Position numbers and translations under genes: made by a program. From positions 15,376,001 through 15,440,000 of the forward strand of contig OZ059899.1 in the NCBI GenBank assembly GCA_964057225.1: a DNA stretch of 64,000 bases, in the 5' to 3' direction. The stretch is from Auanema rhodensis (Eukaryota; Animalia; Nematoda). Shown here piece after piece: positions 37,021-48,899 of this stretch (its first letter is position 1; the number at the start of each line of letters is the position of its first letter). The notes below the pieces were generated by a model. The model was not told where the DNA came from and did no database searches. It saw nothing but the letters and a program-made list of their open reading frames with translations.

Positions 37021-39132
37021 TATCAAACTTTATAATTATAATTATGTGGTAATAATAAGGTTTTATAAATATTTTGCTTTACAGCCAACTGCCAAATGCC
37101 CTTATCCTGTGATCATCTGGTCGGGATCGATTACACCAAAAGAGGATGTCTGCTGTTAGAACTCTGCCAATGATCCTTCGAAAAAAATTGCTGTATTGTT
37201 TGGGTCCAACACCAAAAAAACGAAAAGAGTCCTAGGCATACGTTCGATTCTGCAGACAGCAATTGAGAGATAGAGAGATTCTTTAAGATTCCTGAAGTGT
37301 CACTTTCCGAAACGAAGTTGCGGTCAGTTTGTCACGTCTGTGACCGCAAAGCGTGCCAAAAAAGCGGCGGCTGGACAAAAACTATTAGAAGTCGACATTC
37401 ATTTCTCATAATTCTTTCATATTTCTTCGTGTTGTTAAATGTGATTTTATTGAAATCAATACAAGATTACTTTCCGCCTTTGTCAATCTGAGAGATACTT
37501 GTTCGCCAAGGATTGGTCACCGGAACACTAATAGTCGGAAACATCTAAAGAAATAGAACAAGAACAACGAACAGACTATAAAATGACCTTTAAAAAAAGA
37601 TGAAAATTTTTCGGAGTTATAATAAACGGTTTGATCATCACATCGGATGAAGAAAGTTACGATCACAGCTGTAAATAACTCTCTTCAAGAATCAAATAGT
37701 CGTGATTGTGATGAAGTGTCAAAGTATCTTTATGATGACATTTGTTAACAAAGCTAAATAAAATTATTTATGAAAATTTTGGGAAAATTTTCACTCCAGA
37801 TGTTTTGATTTTCAACAATATCAAAGACAATGAAATATGTATAGTTGGATGGCGTATCTTCAATGTCAACTTGTGAAATTAGATCACTTGTTCAAGTATA
37901 AAATGGCAATTGACTTTGTTAATTGCAACATCTACTTTCCAGGAATTCATATGAAGCTCGTGATTACTATTAAATGAGCGTTTCAAAGCATTTGTAAACA
38001 CAATGAGAGAGTTAGTGACCAATTAGCATATTAACGATCTAGTAAACGTCGTCGTACGTAATCCGAAATTATTTTTGAATTTCAATGCAGATGGAAACGG
38101 TTGTCAAGTACATTATTTTTGTTTTTCATGAAATCAATCATTGAAAATCAATTTATTTATACGAATTATATTAAAACTCGAAATATCATAGACTATCACA
38201 TCATAGTGATTTCACTACCTTATTTGCATCAGATTGCAATCATGTAAATCGTACATGAAATGACAAATGAGGAATTTTATCAAAAATGTTCTTATTCACT
38301 TCGTGTCTGTTGCCTGTTTAGTGATAAATGGTCAAATCAAATAACAGACTGTCATTCAATTCAAATTTCTTATTTCGATACGATACAGTTTTATTGTTTT
38401 TTTTTACTTTCTAATGATGATAGATTTCATTCTTGGGACGATATCGACATTTTTCAAACAGATACAGCAGCTTTCAGACCTTGCAACAAGTACGGTAATG
38501 GACTTTCAATTAAATATCTTTGAAGTACACCACCAATAGTTTTTCGACTAGGTCATTGCATCAGCGACATTCTTCATCGTCTTTTTCATAACACGTTTTT
38601 TACTGTTGCCAACAGCGAACAGATAAATCTTCAAAGAGATTTTACATCTTCTACTATTCTATCTAAATGTAACGACTGACGTCATCTTATTGAAGACGAG
38701 GCATCACCTCTGACGTGTTCAGCCATTTCGTTATTGAATAGAAATACAACTAATAGATGCATACATAGTGCATATAATGTATAAAATTCTTAATATTTAT
38801 TATGAAATATGTATATATGTATATATATCCAAATTGCATATTATGTTTTATATTTGTCGTTTTCAACTTTAACATAACATATAAAGGTAAATTTTTATCT
38901 ATTCAATTGCATCTGGGGAAGAAGAGAACGGACCTGAAAGAGAATATCTCATCTAATATAGTTCAGTCCGAAAAAAGAGCTGAGCTGAGCACAATAGATT
39001 CAATTCGAACCTCGCACATAATAAAACAACATTATGAAAAGTAAAAAGCGCGCAGAAGCGAATACCGGAAATACCCGAAATATATGAAGTATAAACACAT
39101 AAATATGTACAAGATAATGTTTTATATTCTTA

Positions 39133-40263
39133 TCAAAACGAATTATAACTGTTCGCATGATTGGCAATAGCTATCGAGGGCACCTTTTTGAAAAGTTCAT
39201 CCTGAAAATGAAAAAACGTTGTAAAATAAAAGTGAATTTACACTATTTACCTTGAGAGCGCGACCTAATGGCTGCCCTCTGATTTTAGCCATTGTGATTA
39301 TATCTATAGATGACGTACTCGATGATTGCGTTGAGGGGGTGGGCTCTGGGGCATCAATGATCGATGCTAATGTACTCTGAAATTGATGTGTTATTAACTG
39401 AAAATTTATGACGAAAATTTACCGTGGAAGATGAGATGGGAGGTGTGCGGGAAGGCTCTGAGGATTCAGCTCTTGGGGAGGCTAGCACCGGCGACAATTT
39501 AGGCGGAGACGAACTGTGAATGGAAACTGAAGGGGGAGTTGAAAGAGATGACGATGAAGGACTTGGGGTACCCATAGAAGATGTTGAAGGAATGTTGGCC
39601 GTTGGAAGTGTCAACGTTGGGATGGCAGTCAACACTTCTCCGACACTGGCTTTTCGAGCAACTTTGGGACTAGGCCCATCAAAGCCAATTACATCAGATA
39701 AACGCTTTTGACTTGAAGTCTTTTCTTGTATGCTCTTATCATTGGCTTTGCTCACTAAGCTATTGGCAATAGCTGGATATTTTGAAAGCACTTCATTAGG
39801 TCGGCTTATTGATATAGCCATTGGAGCAGTTGTTGTAACTGAGATTGTGGTAGGATCTGCACTACTAGTAGACTGTGTAGTAGATATTCCAGCAATTGCT
39901 GTCGCTAGGTTTGGATACGAAGGTGATTTCTTCTTATTATCGGGGTGTTGTGACTGAGCTTGTACGAGGCTTTGAACAAGTCCGGTCGCTGTAGAACCTC
40001 CACTTGAAGTTACGATTGAAACAGGAAACAAGTTGGAACTCAAGGGAGCTTGCCTATCTAAGAGCTTCATTTTCTTCGTCATTTTTGATTTAGCGGTACG
40101 CATAGTGACAGTAGCAGGATTTCCTGGAGGAGCTCTAGATGCAGCTGGACTGGAGTTTGAGTCTCCAGATTTAACGTTGCCATTCGGAGTAACCTGCTGC
40201 TTCACTGGTGGAGATTGTATTTGCTGCTTGGGCCATTGAAACTGGAGTTGATGATGTTGTTGA

Positions 40264-40294
<31 letters not shown>

Positions 40295-41985
40295 GAGCAA
40301 ACATATAGTGTTGAATTCGCTGCATATCAGAAGAATTAATACACAACGTTGATCCATTACGTTGAAGCACTGGCATCTGACCACCAAACTGTGACGGCAG
40401 AGGTATGATCCTAGGAGCAAGGTGAGCATTTTGAGATTGAGTTTGTGCTTGGACTTGGGCCTGAGCTTGAGCCTGGGCTTGAGCTTGGGCTTGAGCCTGA
40501 GCCTGAGGTGAGATCGAGATTATAGACTGTGGAGCCGCAGTCAGAACTGGTGGCGTTTGAAGAGATTGCTCAGTAAGCCGAGGAGTCTTAGAAGTTGGCT
40601 GTTGCGCAGGAGTTCGTTGCGTTGGAACCTGAGGAGAAATTCGCTGCAGAGTAGGTGGGCTTGAATTAAGTTGTGGAGAAACAGCTTCGAGTGTAGGTGG
40701 CTGATCCAAATTCACCCGTTTTACGACTAGAGGAGTTTGTGGTGCCACTGAAGAGGAATTAGAGTTCTGATGAAGTTGTTGCATTAGAGCAGAGTTGGCA
40801 GGTATCATAATCGTTGGCGGGGAATATACGGCCTGTGTTGTAGGAACAGTAATAGAGGTAGCAGAAATTGAACTAGACGAAGTTATGGTAGGAGACCCGA
40901 TATGATTTTGAGAAGACACTAATACAGGAGGAGGTGATGATGAGCCTTCGGCCACTAATGCTGGAGGCTTATCCTTATTTTCACTAGGCCGTTTACTCCT
41001 CGAACAACCCGGCTTAGATGACTGAAACAACTATGAACACATATTAGGAAGACACAGTAATGAACTTACTTTTTGCCTAATTTTAGGAGCTTGATTCCCG
41101 TTGCTATCCGTTAACAGATCTACTTTGAATTCGGGAGGAGTAACAAAGCAATTGCCATCTTTAGGCTCTTCAATTTTAACTGGAGACTGATGACGAACAG
41201 GGTCCTGTTCAGCCATCAAGATGGGCATTTGTTCTGCTTCCAAGACTGGCGGTCTCTCCTGTAATGAAAACGTATGCTACTTCAAACTATTAATAATTTT
41301 ACCTTTGATAGTATGGCAGTGAACATTAATCTGAGAGGTCGTTTACGTAGCCAACCTGAGCCCTCAGCCACAGAACGAAGACTAGTTTCCAATGGAATTT
41401 CCTGAGAAACAAGATATAAAAAATCGAATTAAATGATGCTTACCTTATTAATTTGGTTTTGAACAAAATGAACGGTAAAATCGTCTTGGTGTCCTAGCTT
41501 TTCTTTTATCAACGAATCAAAAACAGTTAAAGAGGCTTCAGCTGATAATCGAAAAAATCTTCGAAATACGGACGAAGTAGGATTGGGAAACTTCTTTCTC
41601 TAGAATATTATAATGTAAATTAGTTTCATTTACTCAAAATTAACCTTCTTCTGTGGGGATCTCATACATCTCGAAGATGTTGGCACATCAATTAGGCAAT
41701 CCTGAAGCAATCAGTTAAGCAGGAAATAAAGAATAAAGATCTAACCTCTTCATAATCATCATCACTAAGCAATTCGACAGACATTGGAATGCTGAAGAAT
41801 TCAAGAACAACGCTAATGAGCTCATTCTCCTCTATACTATGACGAGGACTAAAAGAAATCAGATTAAATACATATCAGTTTCGAGCATACGGTGCACGCT
41901 TATTCCTTGTTCGTTCTTTAGGTGTTTCTTTGCGATTTAAATTGGGAACAAGCTTATGAATTAAGGTTTGGAACGTAGGATCCAT
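39133..41985 (-). CDS. PCGF/Psc-like Polycomb protein with a RAWUL-like domain and a long S/P/Q-rich tail; no RING finger found
   Basis: MDPTFQTLIHKLVP resembles the post-RING PCGF helix (DxTLQDIVYKLVP). RRFFRLSAEASL...LIKEKLG...FTVHFV and IPLETSL...WLRKRPLRLMF resemble RAWUL strands. The large exon (39423-41021) has QA and polyQ tracts. Confidence 0.65.
40249..40505 (-). repeat. Coding polyQ (CAA)n and (QA)n low-complexity repeats
   Basis: (ttg)n at about 40255-40295 and (gcttga/gcctgg)-type hexamers at 40441-40505 on the plus strand. Confidence 0.9.
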
Positions 41986-42668
41986 GAAAATATCTAAAAA
42001 CAACAGAATAAAGAGAGGGCTAAATTGAAATATGCATACTTTGTTATACAACGCACTCTTCTAAATAAATAGCTGATAGAGTAGGGTACCTAAAATCAAT
42101 TTTTTTAAACACAAAATATATCTAAACAACTCACGATAACTGGAAAATGAGCAACTAACACGCCTTCAGTCTTACACACAGCTTTATAGTATTGTAACAA
42201 TAATTCTGAAAGTAAAATAAAATTTAAAAGTTAAAAAGTAAGCACAACCGTTTTCATTTTGCACTTAACGGAAAATAAATATATACGTAAGCCATATTTA
42301 TGATTATTTTATATTTTGAATACGAAAAAGCGGTTGTCGTAAGGTATTAATCATGAAAAAAACTTTTTTTTCACAATTTTGACAGGCTTCACCATTCAAC
42401 GTTTAAAATAGAAATAGAAAAATAGATTTGAATATAAAAATTATAAAGAAAATCACTTACTATTCCATTTCTGTTTCCAGTGAACCGCTTGTAGCTTGCG
42501 GTCACTGATAATTCTCGAACAAATACAAATTGAATGCAATCGTAGGATCCTATAAAAACCAATATATCCATATAATACATAATTATAATGACAAATAGTA
42601 ATGTAATGAAGAATCAGAAAATGTTATTTAGAGTTAGGTTCAATTTAGTACTACCGGATGACCAGTAC

Positions 42669-42688
42669 CGCGTGCGATATCGCACGCG
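42669..42688. repeat. Perfect 20-bp GC-rich palindrome
   Basis: cgcgtgcgat|atcgcacgcg, flanked by accag...ctggt. Confidence 0.9.
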
Positions 42689-44021
42689 ATTCTGGTAGTT
42701 TAGCTTAGGGAGGGGAAAATCGAATACGAAATACCAAAATTACTAATACGATAATGAAATACAACCAAAATAAGCATACTGCATAAGGTATAAGGCAATT
42801 TGTTCGAGAACAATATTGTAGAGTAGAAGACAAAATTGATAACAAGGCACATGATAAGACATTGGAGGAGGCCATATCATCAAAATTAGTTATGAACTTT
42901 ATACAGTAATCCAAAGTTGGGATCAAGTCAGAATATTGATTAAAACATACAGCAAAGCTGATAGATCTGTTGCCCACACAACCCTCCGCCCTGCGACCCA
43001 ACAATATGGGCGTGGTTTTGTTTGCCACGCCCACAACGACAGTGCTGATTGGTTACATAGGTCAAAAAAGATAACTTCTTAATCTTACTTCGTACAAAAG
43101 GAGTATATCATTAGAGAAAGTGTTAAGAATTCATCCTGAATGTTAAAATTAAAAAAAAATAAGTTAGAAGACTAAAGGACAAGCTTGTTGTGAACGGATG
43201 CGTCCGCTGGCGAATAGAGCCACAGTATTTGGAAAATGCTTTGCGAGACGACGCGAGCGTGTCCTCTACAGACTCTCTAGCAATGGTGCACTATTTCATT
43301 CAGCTGTCTGGTCATAGGACCAATCAGCAGGACACAAGGAAGAACCGCCCATATTCATCGCTCAGTTCTCTCTCTCTACTACTTGGCCAACCTCCTCTTA
43401 GCAGTAGAATGAAGATAGAGAGATGGATGAAGAGAGGACGAGAGAAAAAAGGCCGACCAGCCAGCTAGCAAAACGAAGCTCTCTCTCTCATTCTTTCGTG
43501 GCTTATTTCTTTCTCTCTCTATCTCTCTTCATCAGCCACGTGTGTTGTCTGTCTGTTCGTCTGCGTTCTCTCAACTATGCATGTTGTCTAATAGTTCGCA
43601 CGGCTAGAGGTCTCTGCATTGCAAATGTGAGATGGCGTTGCGAGAGGAGAATGAAAACATAGAGAGCAGGAGAAGAAAATAAGAGATTAGTATAGAGAGA
43701 AAATTAAGAGAAAGAGAGAGAGAAGACAAGATAACATGGCAAAGCAAAGAATCTCCAGACATAGAAAGACAAGTGAACCATCAGCAACCTCTTTCTTTCT
43801 CCGCTCTAGGCCTTTCCACTCATCGGATCTCGCTTGTCTGTCTCTTACAATCTTCAAACCTCCCTTTCTCTTTCTGTCTTTCCTATATCTTTCCTTCTCT
43901 CTCAAACCGATTGTGCTATTTGGCTGACGAAACGATTCTGGTTACGGTAGGTGATGAAAAAGGCCTCGGCCCTTTGGCTGAGTGCGTTGCGAACGCGACA
44001 GCGGCAATGTGTGTGTTGTGG

Positions 44022-44045
44022 GTGTGTGTGTGTGTGTGTGTGTGT
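44022..44045. repeat. (GT)n microsatellite
   Basis: gtgtgt... run seen directly. Confidence 0.9.
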
Positions 44046-45515
44046 AACTAGTCCACATCCCACCACACCAACATTGCACAGCCAACAAGCGTCTAAGGAG
44101 AGAATGAGAGAATCTCTGTATTATTTCCACATCATCATCTCTCTTCACTTCCTCATTCTCTTTATCTCGGGTATCTATTGACCATGAAGTGCTCCCAGCT
44201 ATTCTTCTCTTGTCATCATCATCTTCAGGTCTTCAGCAATAGAGAACAACGTGATTAGGCTTTTAAGCGGGAAAAAAAGATTATTGGCTCATCATAAAAT
44301 AATTTGGTTTAGCCTGGATAGGCTTGAGAACGATAGCTGAACTAATAAGGAAAGGGGGTGGAGAGCTATAGCAACAACATGATACTAAGAGGGTGCAGAC
44401 ATCAAGAGATAGATTGACAGATTGGATACAGAATTGCAAACGAACTGCACAGTCAGTGAGGTTTAGTTTGGAAAGAGTTGCAACAGCTGGAGGTGGGAAT
44501 TAAGCTACCAGCACAAGGTAAACCACTGCCAATCATCTCTATCTCTCACTGTTTCTCTCTCGCCCGTTCTCTCACGCTCATAATTATATCTTCTCCTAAA
44601 GCTGTATACGGTATCAACCTCGTTTGAGAGGGTATTATTAGTTTACAATAAGATACAACCACAAACAAATAAACTATGCAGATATAATGAAATTATCTAT
44701 GATACTAGATGTATTATTCCGTTCATTATCTGTGTTTTCTTAAATAGTTCTCTTCTCTTCTACATCTAGTGTTCACGAATGATTTAACCTCTCTCGTGTT
44801 CTCTCTATCTCTCCTTTTTTCTCTCTCTGATCCTTTCATGTTATTTTCAGCTGCTAATGGTTCTCAGTTTTCTGTCAAGACCAGCCTGACCCGCCTGAAT
44901 ATGAACGTCAGATGCCAGATTAGGAACAGATGAGGAAGACGAGCACATAGTCATTACTAAAATTAGACGACTAACTTGAATTTAAGCAAGAAAGGAGGTA
45001 GAACTAAAGTCTGTCAATCAGACAGACAAAAGCAGAGAAAGAGGAGAGCTTGCTAGAGAGAGTATGTGATATCAGGAGAGAAGCAATAAGAGAGATTACT
45101 TTCCTCATATAGCATCTCTGAAACCTTGTTCTTCCGTTTTTCTCTCCCTCTCATGCTCTCATGCTTTCCTCTCATATTGAAGAAATCTTTTTATTTCCAA
45201 AATTTGCTCTATCGCTCTCAGAATTGCTTAACAAACTATTCGATGTAGAGCTTTCTTTCCGAAAATTCTAATTTAGTTTATTTGAAATAGATTTTGAATG
45301 AAATAATATAAAATTTGATTAAGATATCATTACTCTAAGCATATGTCATCTAACTAACCACATGTCTTCCGAAGTTTTTTCTAATTCATCTCTTTCGGCA
45401 TCTGAGATACTTCGGAAAACCATTTCTTTGTGGAACAAATAGATAATAGCTATTGTCTTTGCAGTTAAATTAAATTTTAAATTTGGAGTTATAAATAATC
45501 CTGATGATACTATCA

Positions 45516-45615
45516 CTCTCTCATTCTCTCTCTCTTTCTCACTTTCTCTCTCTCTCTCTTTATCTCTTTCTCTCCCTCTTTCTCTCTTTCTCTCTTTCTC
45601 TCCCTCTTTCTCTCT

Positions 45616-45666
<51 letters not shown>
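45516..45666. repeat. (CT)n-type polypyrimidine microsatellite, about 150 bp
   Basis: Imperfect then perfect tctctc run. Confidence 0.95.
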
Positions 45667-45669
<3 letters not shown>

Positions 45670-46490
45670 CGTTCAACGGAGATTCATAAAGGTATAACAT
45701 CCGCTTAGATCATGAAACATCTCAAGCATCATCTCAAGCGGCATATTCAGATAAGACCTACTGATTAAACTTTGGTTATGATCTCTACGTCCGCACATTA
45801 GCAAGTCGTCCGAGTGGCTAGCAAACGATTTGCTTGCAAGCTTTCTATTGGGATACGGAGAGAATAGCAAAGAGTCAAGAAGAGATTAGGAGATATGGAG
45901 AGAGAGGAAGAGAGAGGGGAATGAGAAGCTCCAATTTGATTGTGTTGTTTTCTCTGTTACTGCTAATGTTGACGTCATCAACACCTTGAACTTAAAAAGA
46001 ACTTGTATATAAGTGCAAACATAGGTGCCAATTCAGTGAAACTCATATGAAACGGAAAGGAAATTGAGATTGATTTGGTACATGTAGAAGCTCAAAAGAT
46101 ACATCTAGTCTTCTTCTTCTTTTTCAGCACGTTTTCTTTTATTGGATATATGAAGAAAGAAATCAAGAAGTATGTGTGTATGTAGCCGTTCGATCTTCAT
46201 ACTGCATCTTCATGTCATCATGTTTAGCACCCTAAGAGCTTCTGAACATTCATCCATCCAGTTGTCATTACGAAATTAATGGTAAATAGTGTAAAGTCAT
46301 AACAGTATATTCTGCAAGATATTATCATCTATTACCTATATGTCATCCAGAACTTATACAACTAAAATTTTAAATATATAATGCTGAATCAGCATTATTA
46401 ATATTTTTCTATTTTCAAACACTTTTTGATTATACCAAATTTGGTATTTTCACACCTATACATTCATATTTACCCCATTTTCCCTCCCCT

Positions 46491-46504
46491 TCTCTCTCTC
46501 TCTG

Positions 46505-46558
<54 letters not shown>

Positions 46559-46568
46559 TTCTCTCTCT
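46491..46568. repeat. (CT)n microsatellite
   Basis: Seen directly in the sequence. Confidence 0.95.
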
Positions 46569-48847
46569 TCAGTCGTCCTGAAACTAATCTTCAAACCTTT
46601 GAACAAAACAACTTCAATTAATGATAATTAGACCATTAAGAAAACACTCAATAGGCTTGTATGCGCACTGTCAACAGATTTGCCACCTGGCTTCTTTAAT
46701 CAAATCTGTTCACCGATCACCTTCGTGACCTCATAAGCCGATATATTCCTGATTGATGATGGTATGGGTTACATCGTCACCAGCTAGCTAGGTTGCTTTT
46801 CAGCTTAACATATAATAGTATGTAATACACTCTTGCACTTCTACAGTAATAGCAAGATGTAGACGTAATTTGCCAGAAGCCATTACCTTCCAAAAGGTAT
46901 TGTCATGCTGTTGACTATATTTATCTTGGGTGGATGACTGCTAGTGTGAAAATGGAATTACTGGCATCTTGAGATGCTTAAACGACCCTTCGAACATGTG
47001 TCAGAGCTTTCTGTCATGTCAATACTCGCCAACTGTTGGACTAACTCACTGAATAGAGAGAGAGGAATATTGAATAGATAGATATGAGAAGAAGATATGT
47101 ATATATATATACTTCATCTAATTAATCATCTTAACAATATTTGAGACTTTTGCGTTGGGGCATCATTCAATGTAGTGGAAGCATTGGCTTTCCATATGAT
47201 GCATCCGTCTTAGAAGATTCGAAGCTGTTAGATATGTAGAGATATATACATATCTTTGAATACACTATAACATAATTATAATCTTCGTTCTTTCATAAAA
47301 CATCCCAAAAGCATTCCCTCCTGGCTTGTTGGACTGATTCATAACCTGACTGACAGCTTGTCAGCTTTTGTACTTCTATATGCATCTTAAAAATGCTGAA
47401 ACATCTAACTATATTAAACTAAAAAAGGTTTTTAATTGTAACTTTATCATTGGTAGAGCTTGGCATCCTCCAAAAATAGATAAGGCTCTTATCAGCATAA
47501 AAAAAAGCCAAAAATATAGTATAAAGCTAGAGCATTATGAACGGATATGCGCGAGGATCAATGAGTTTCATCGCAAACGAACACAATTCACGAGATCAGT
47601 TAGCTTTATCATCAAATCTGGACTGAATAAAACGATTACATACATATAAACTATTTTAAATTGTTATTTGAATTTATTAATTCGGAAATTACATCATCAT
47701 ACCACATGAGAATAAGCGAAAACTTCGAACTAGCCTATATGAGAAGATAATTAAGAGAAAAGCCCATTCCGTTGTCAGTCATATAATCTCTAACGTACTC
47801 ATCGATAAGGCGAACACCCAATCATACAATGCAATTGATTTTTATACCCGAAAAGGGCAACTACCGTGTTTTGCGCTAGATAAGAATGTGGCGGGTAATG
47901 ATAATGAACTGAGAAACCTTTAACTAACTGTCTCAAAACTCTTTTTAATAGAAGATATTTATAAGAATTATATGCTTAATTAAGAAGCTTTCATCATCAT
48001 ATATACAAATTTATAATGTTAATATTACATTATGATTTGTATGTTTTTTTCGTATCTAGCTTATACAAGAAAGCATCAGATGAATGGAGAAGCATAACTA
48101 TATATCAAACAATAATGGCTCTTTTAAAGCTCTGTGATTCTTAATTTGGTTATCTCTCCGTCATTATCCTTCGTTTCCTGCTATTCTCATGATCTCCTCT
48201 TCCATCATTTGCATCTACTCTCCCGCGCTCTCCTATACGCTCTCGTTGACTCTGTCTCTATGGAATCAGTAATGAGGTCTGGATGACAATGAGGACTTAA
48301 GCAGCCATCTGATGTATTTCTGCATGAACGTCAACTCTCCTTTTTCTCTCAACCCTCTTCAGTTTCCTGGGTATTAGTGGAGACCTTGTTTGTTTCATTG
48401 ATCTTCTCTAACTTTTTCAGAACATATACCTCTGTCACTTAGAGTATTGCAACTATTCATATTTCCTATACGTATCTACTATTCATATTGAACAACCCTT
48501 TCATCATTATATTGTATATGGCTCCAAGTATTTCCGTACCTGCTATGATATACTCCTTAGTTGCCTATTTGAGTTTCATTGGATTAGGCCAGATGTGATT
48601 AAATCCGTACATGACACTACCAATCGCAAACAATAAGCCAATAGCTGCATTGGTTTTTCACAAATGATAGAAACCGAAAAGGCAAATATATCTCTTCTCT
48701 TTTTCAAAGTGCAAATCAAGCCAAAATCAATAATTAAGAAAATTAATTACACTAGGACTTATTAATAGGACAGTCTCTCTCAGCTAAACTATTTGTGTGC
48801 ATGTTCATTATAATATTTCATGTGATAAAGGCTTAGCTGATCAATGT

Positions 48848-48851
<4 letters not shown>

Positions 48852-48896
<45 letters not shown>
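48852..48896. repeat. (CT)n microsatellite
   Basis: Seen directly in the sequence. Confidence 0.95.

Positions 48897-48899
<3 letters not shown>

Noticed and set aside
35667-37491. Possible gene between PITHD1 and the PCGF-like gene
   Set aside because: GC-richer patches exist, but I could not build a consistent spliced ORF. They are more likely enhancers.
45504-45689. LS-repeat ORF
   Set aside because: It is simply the translation of a (CT)n microsatellite.
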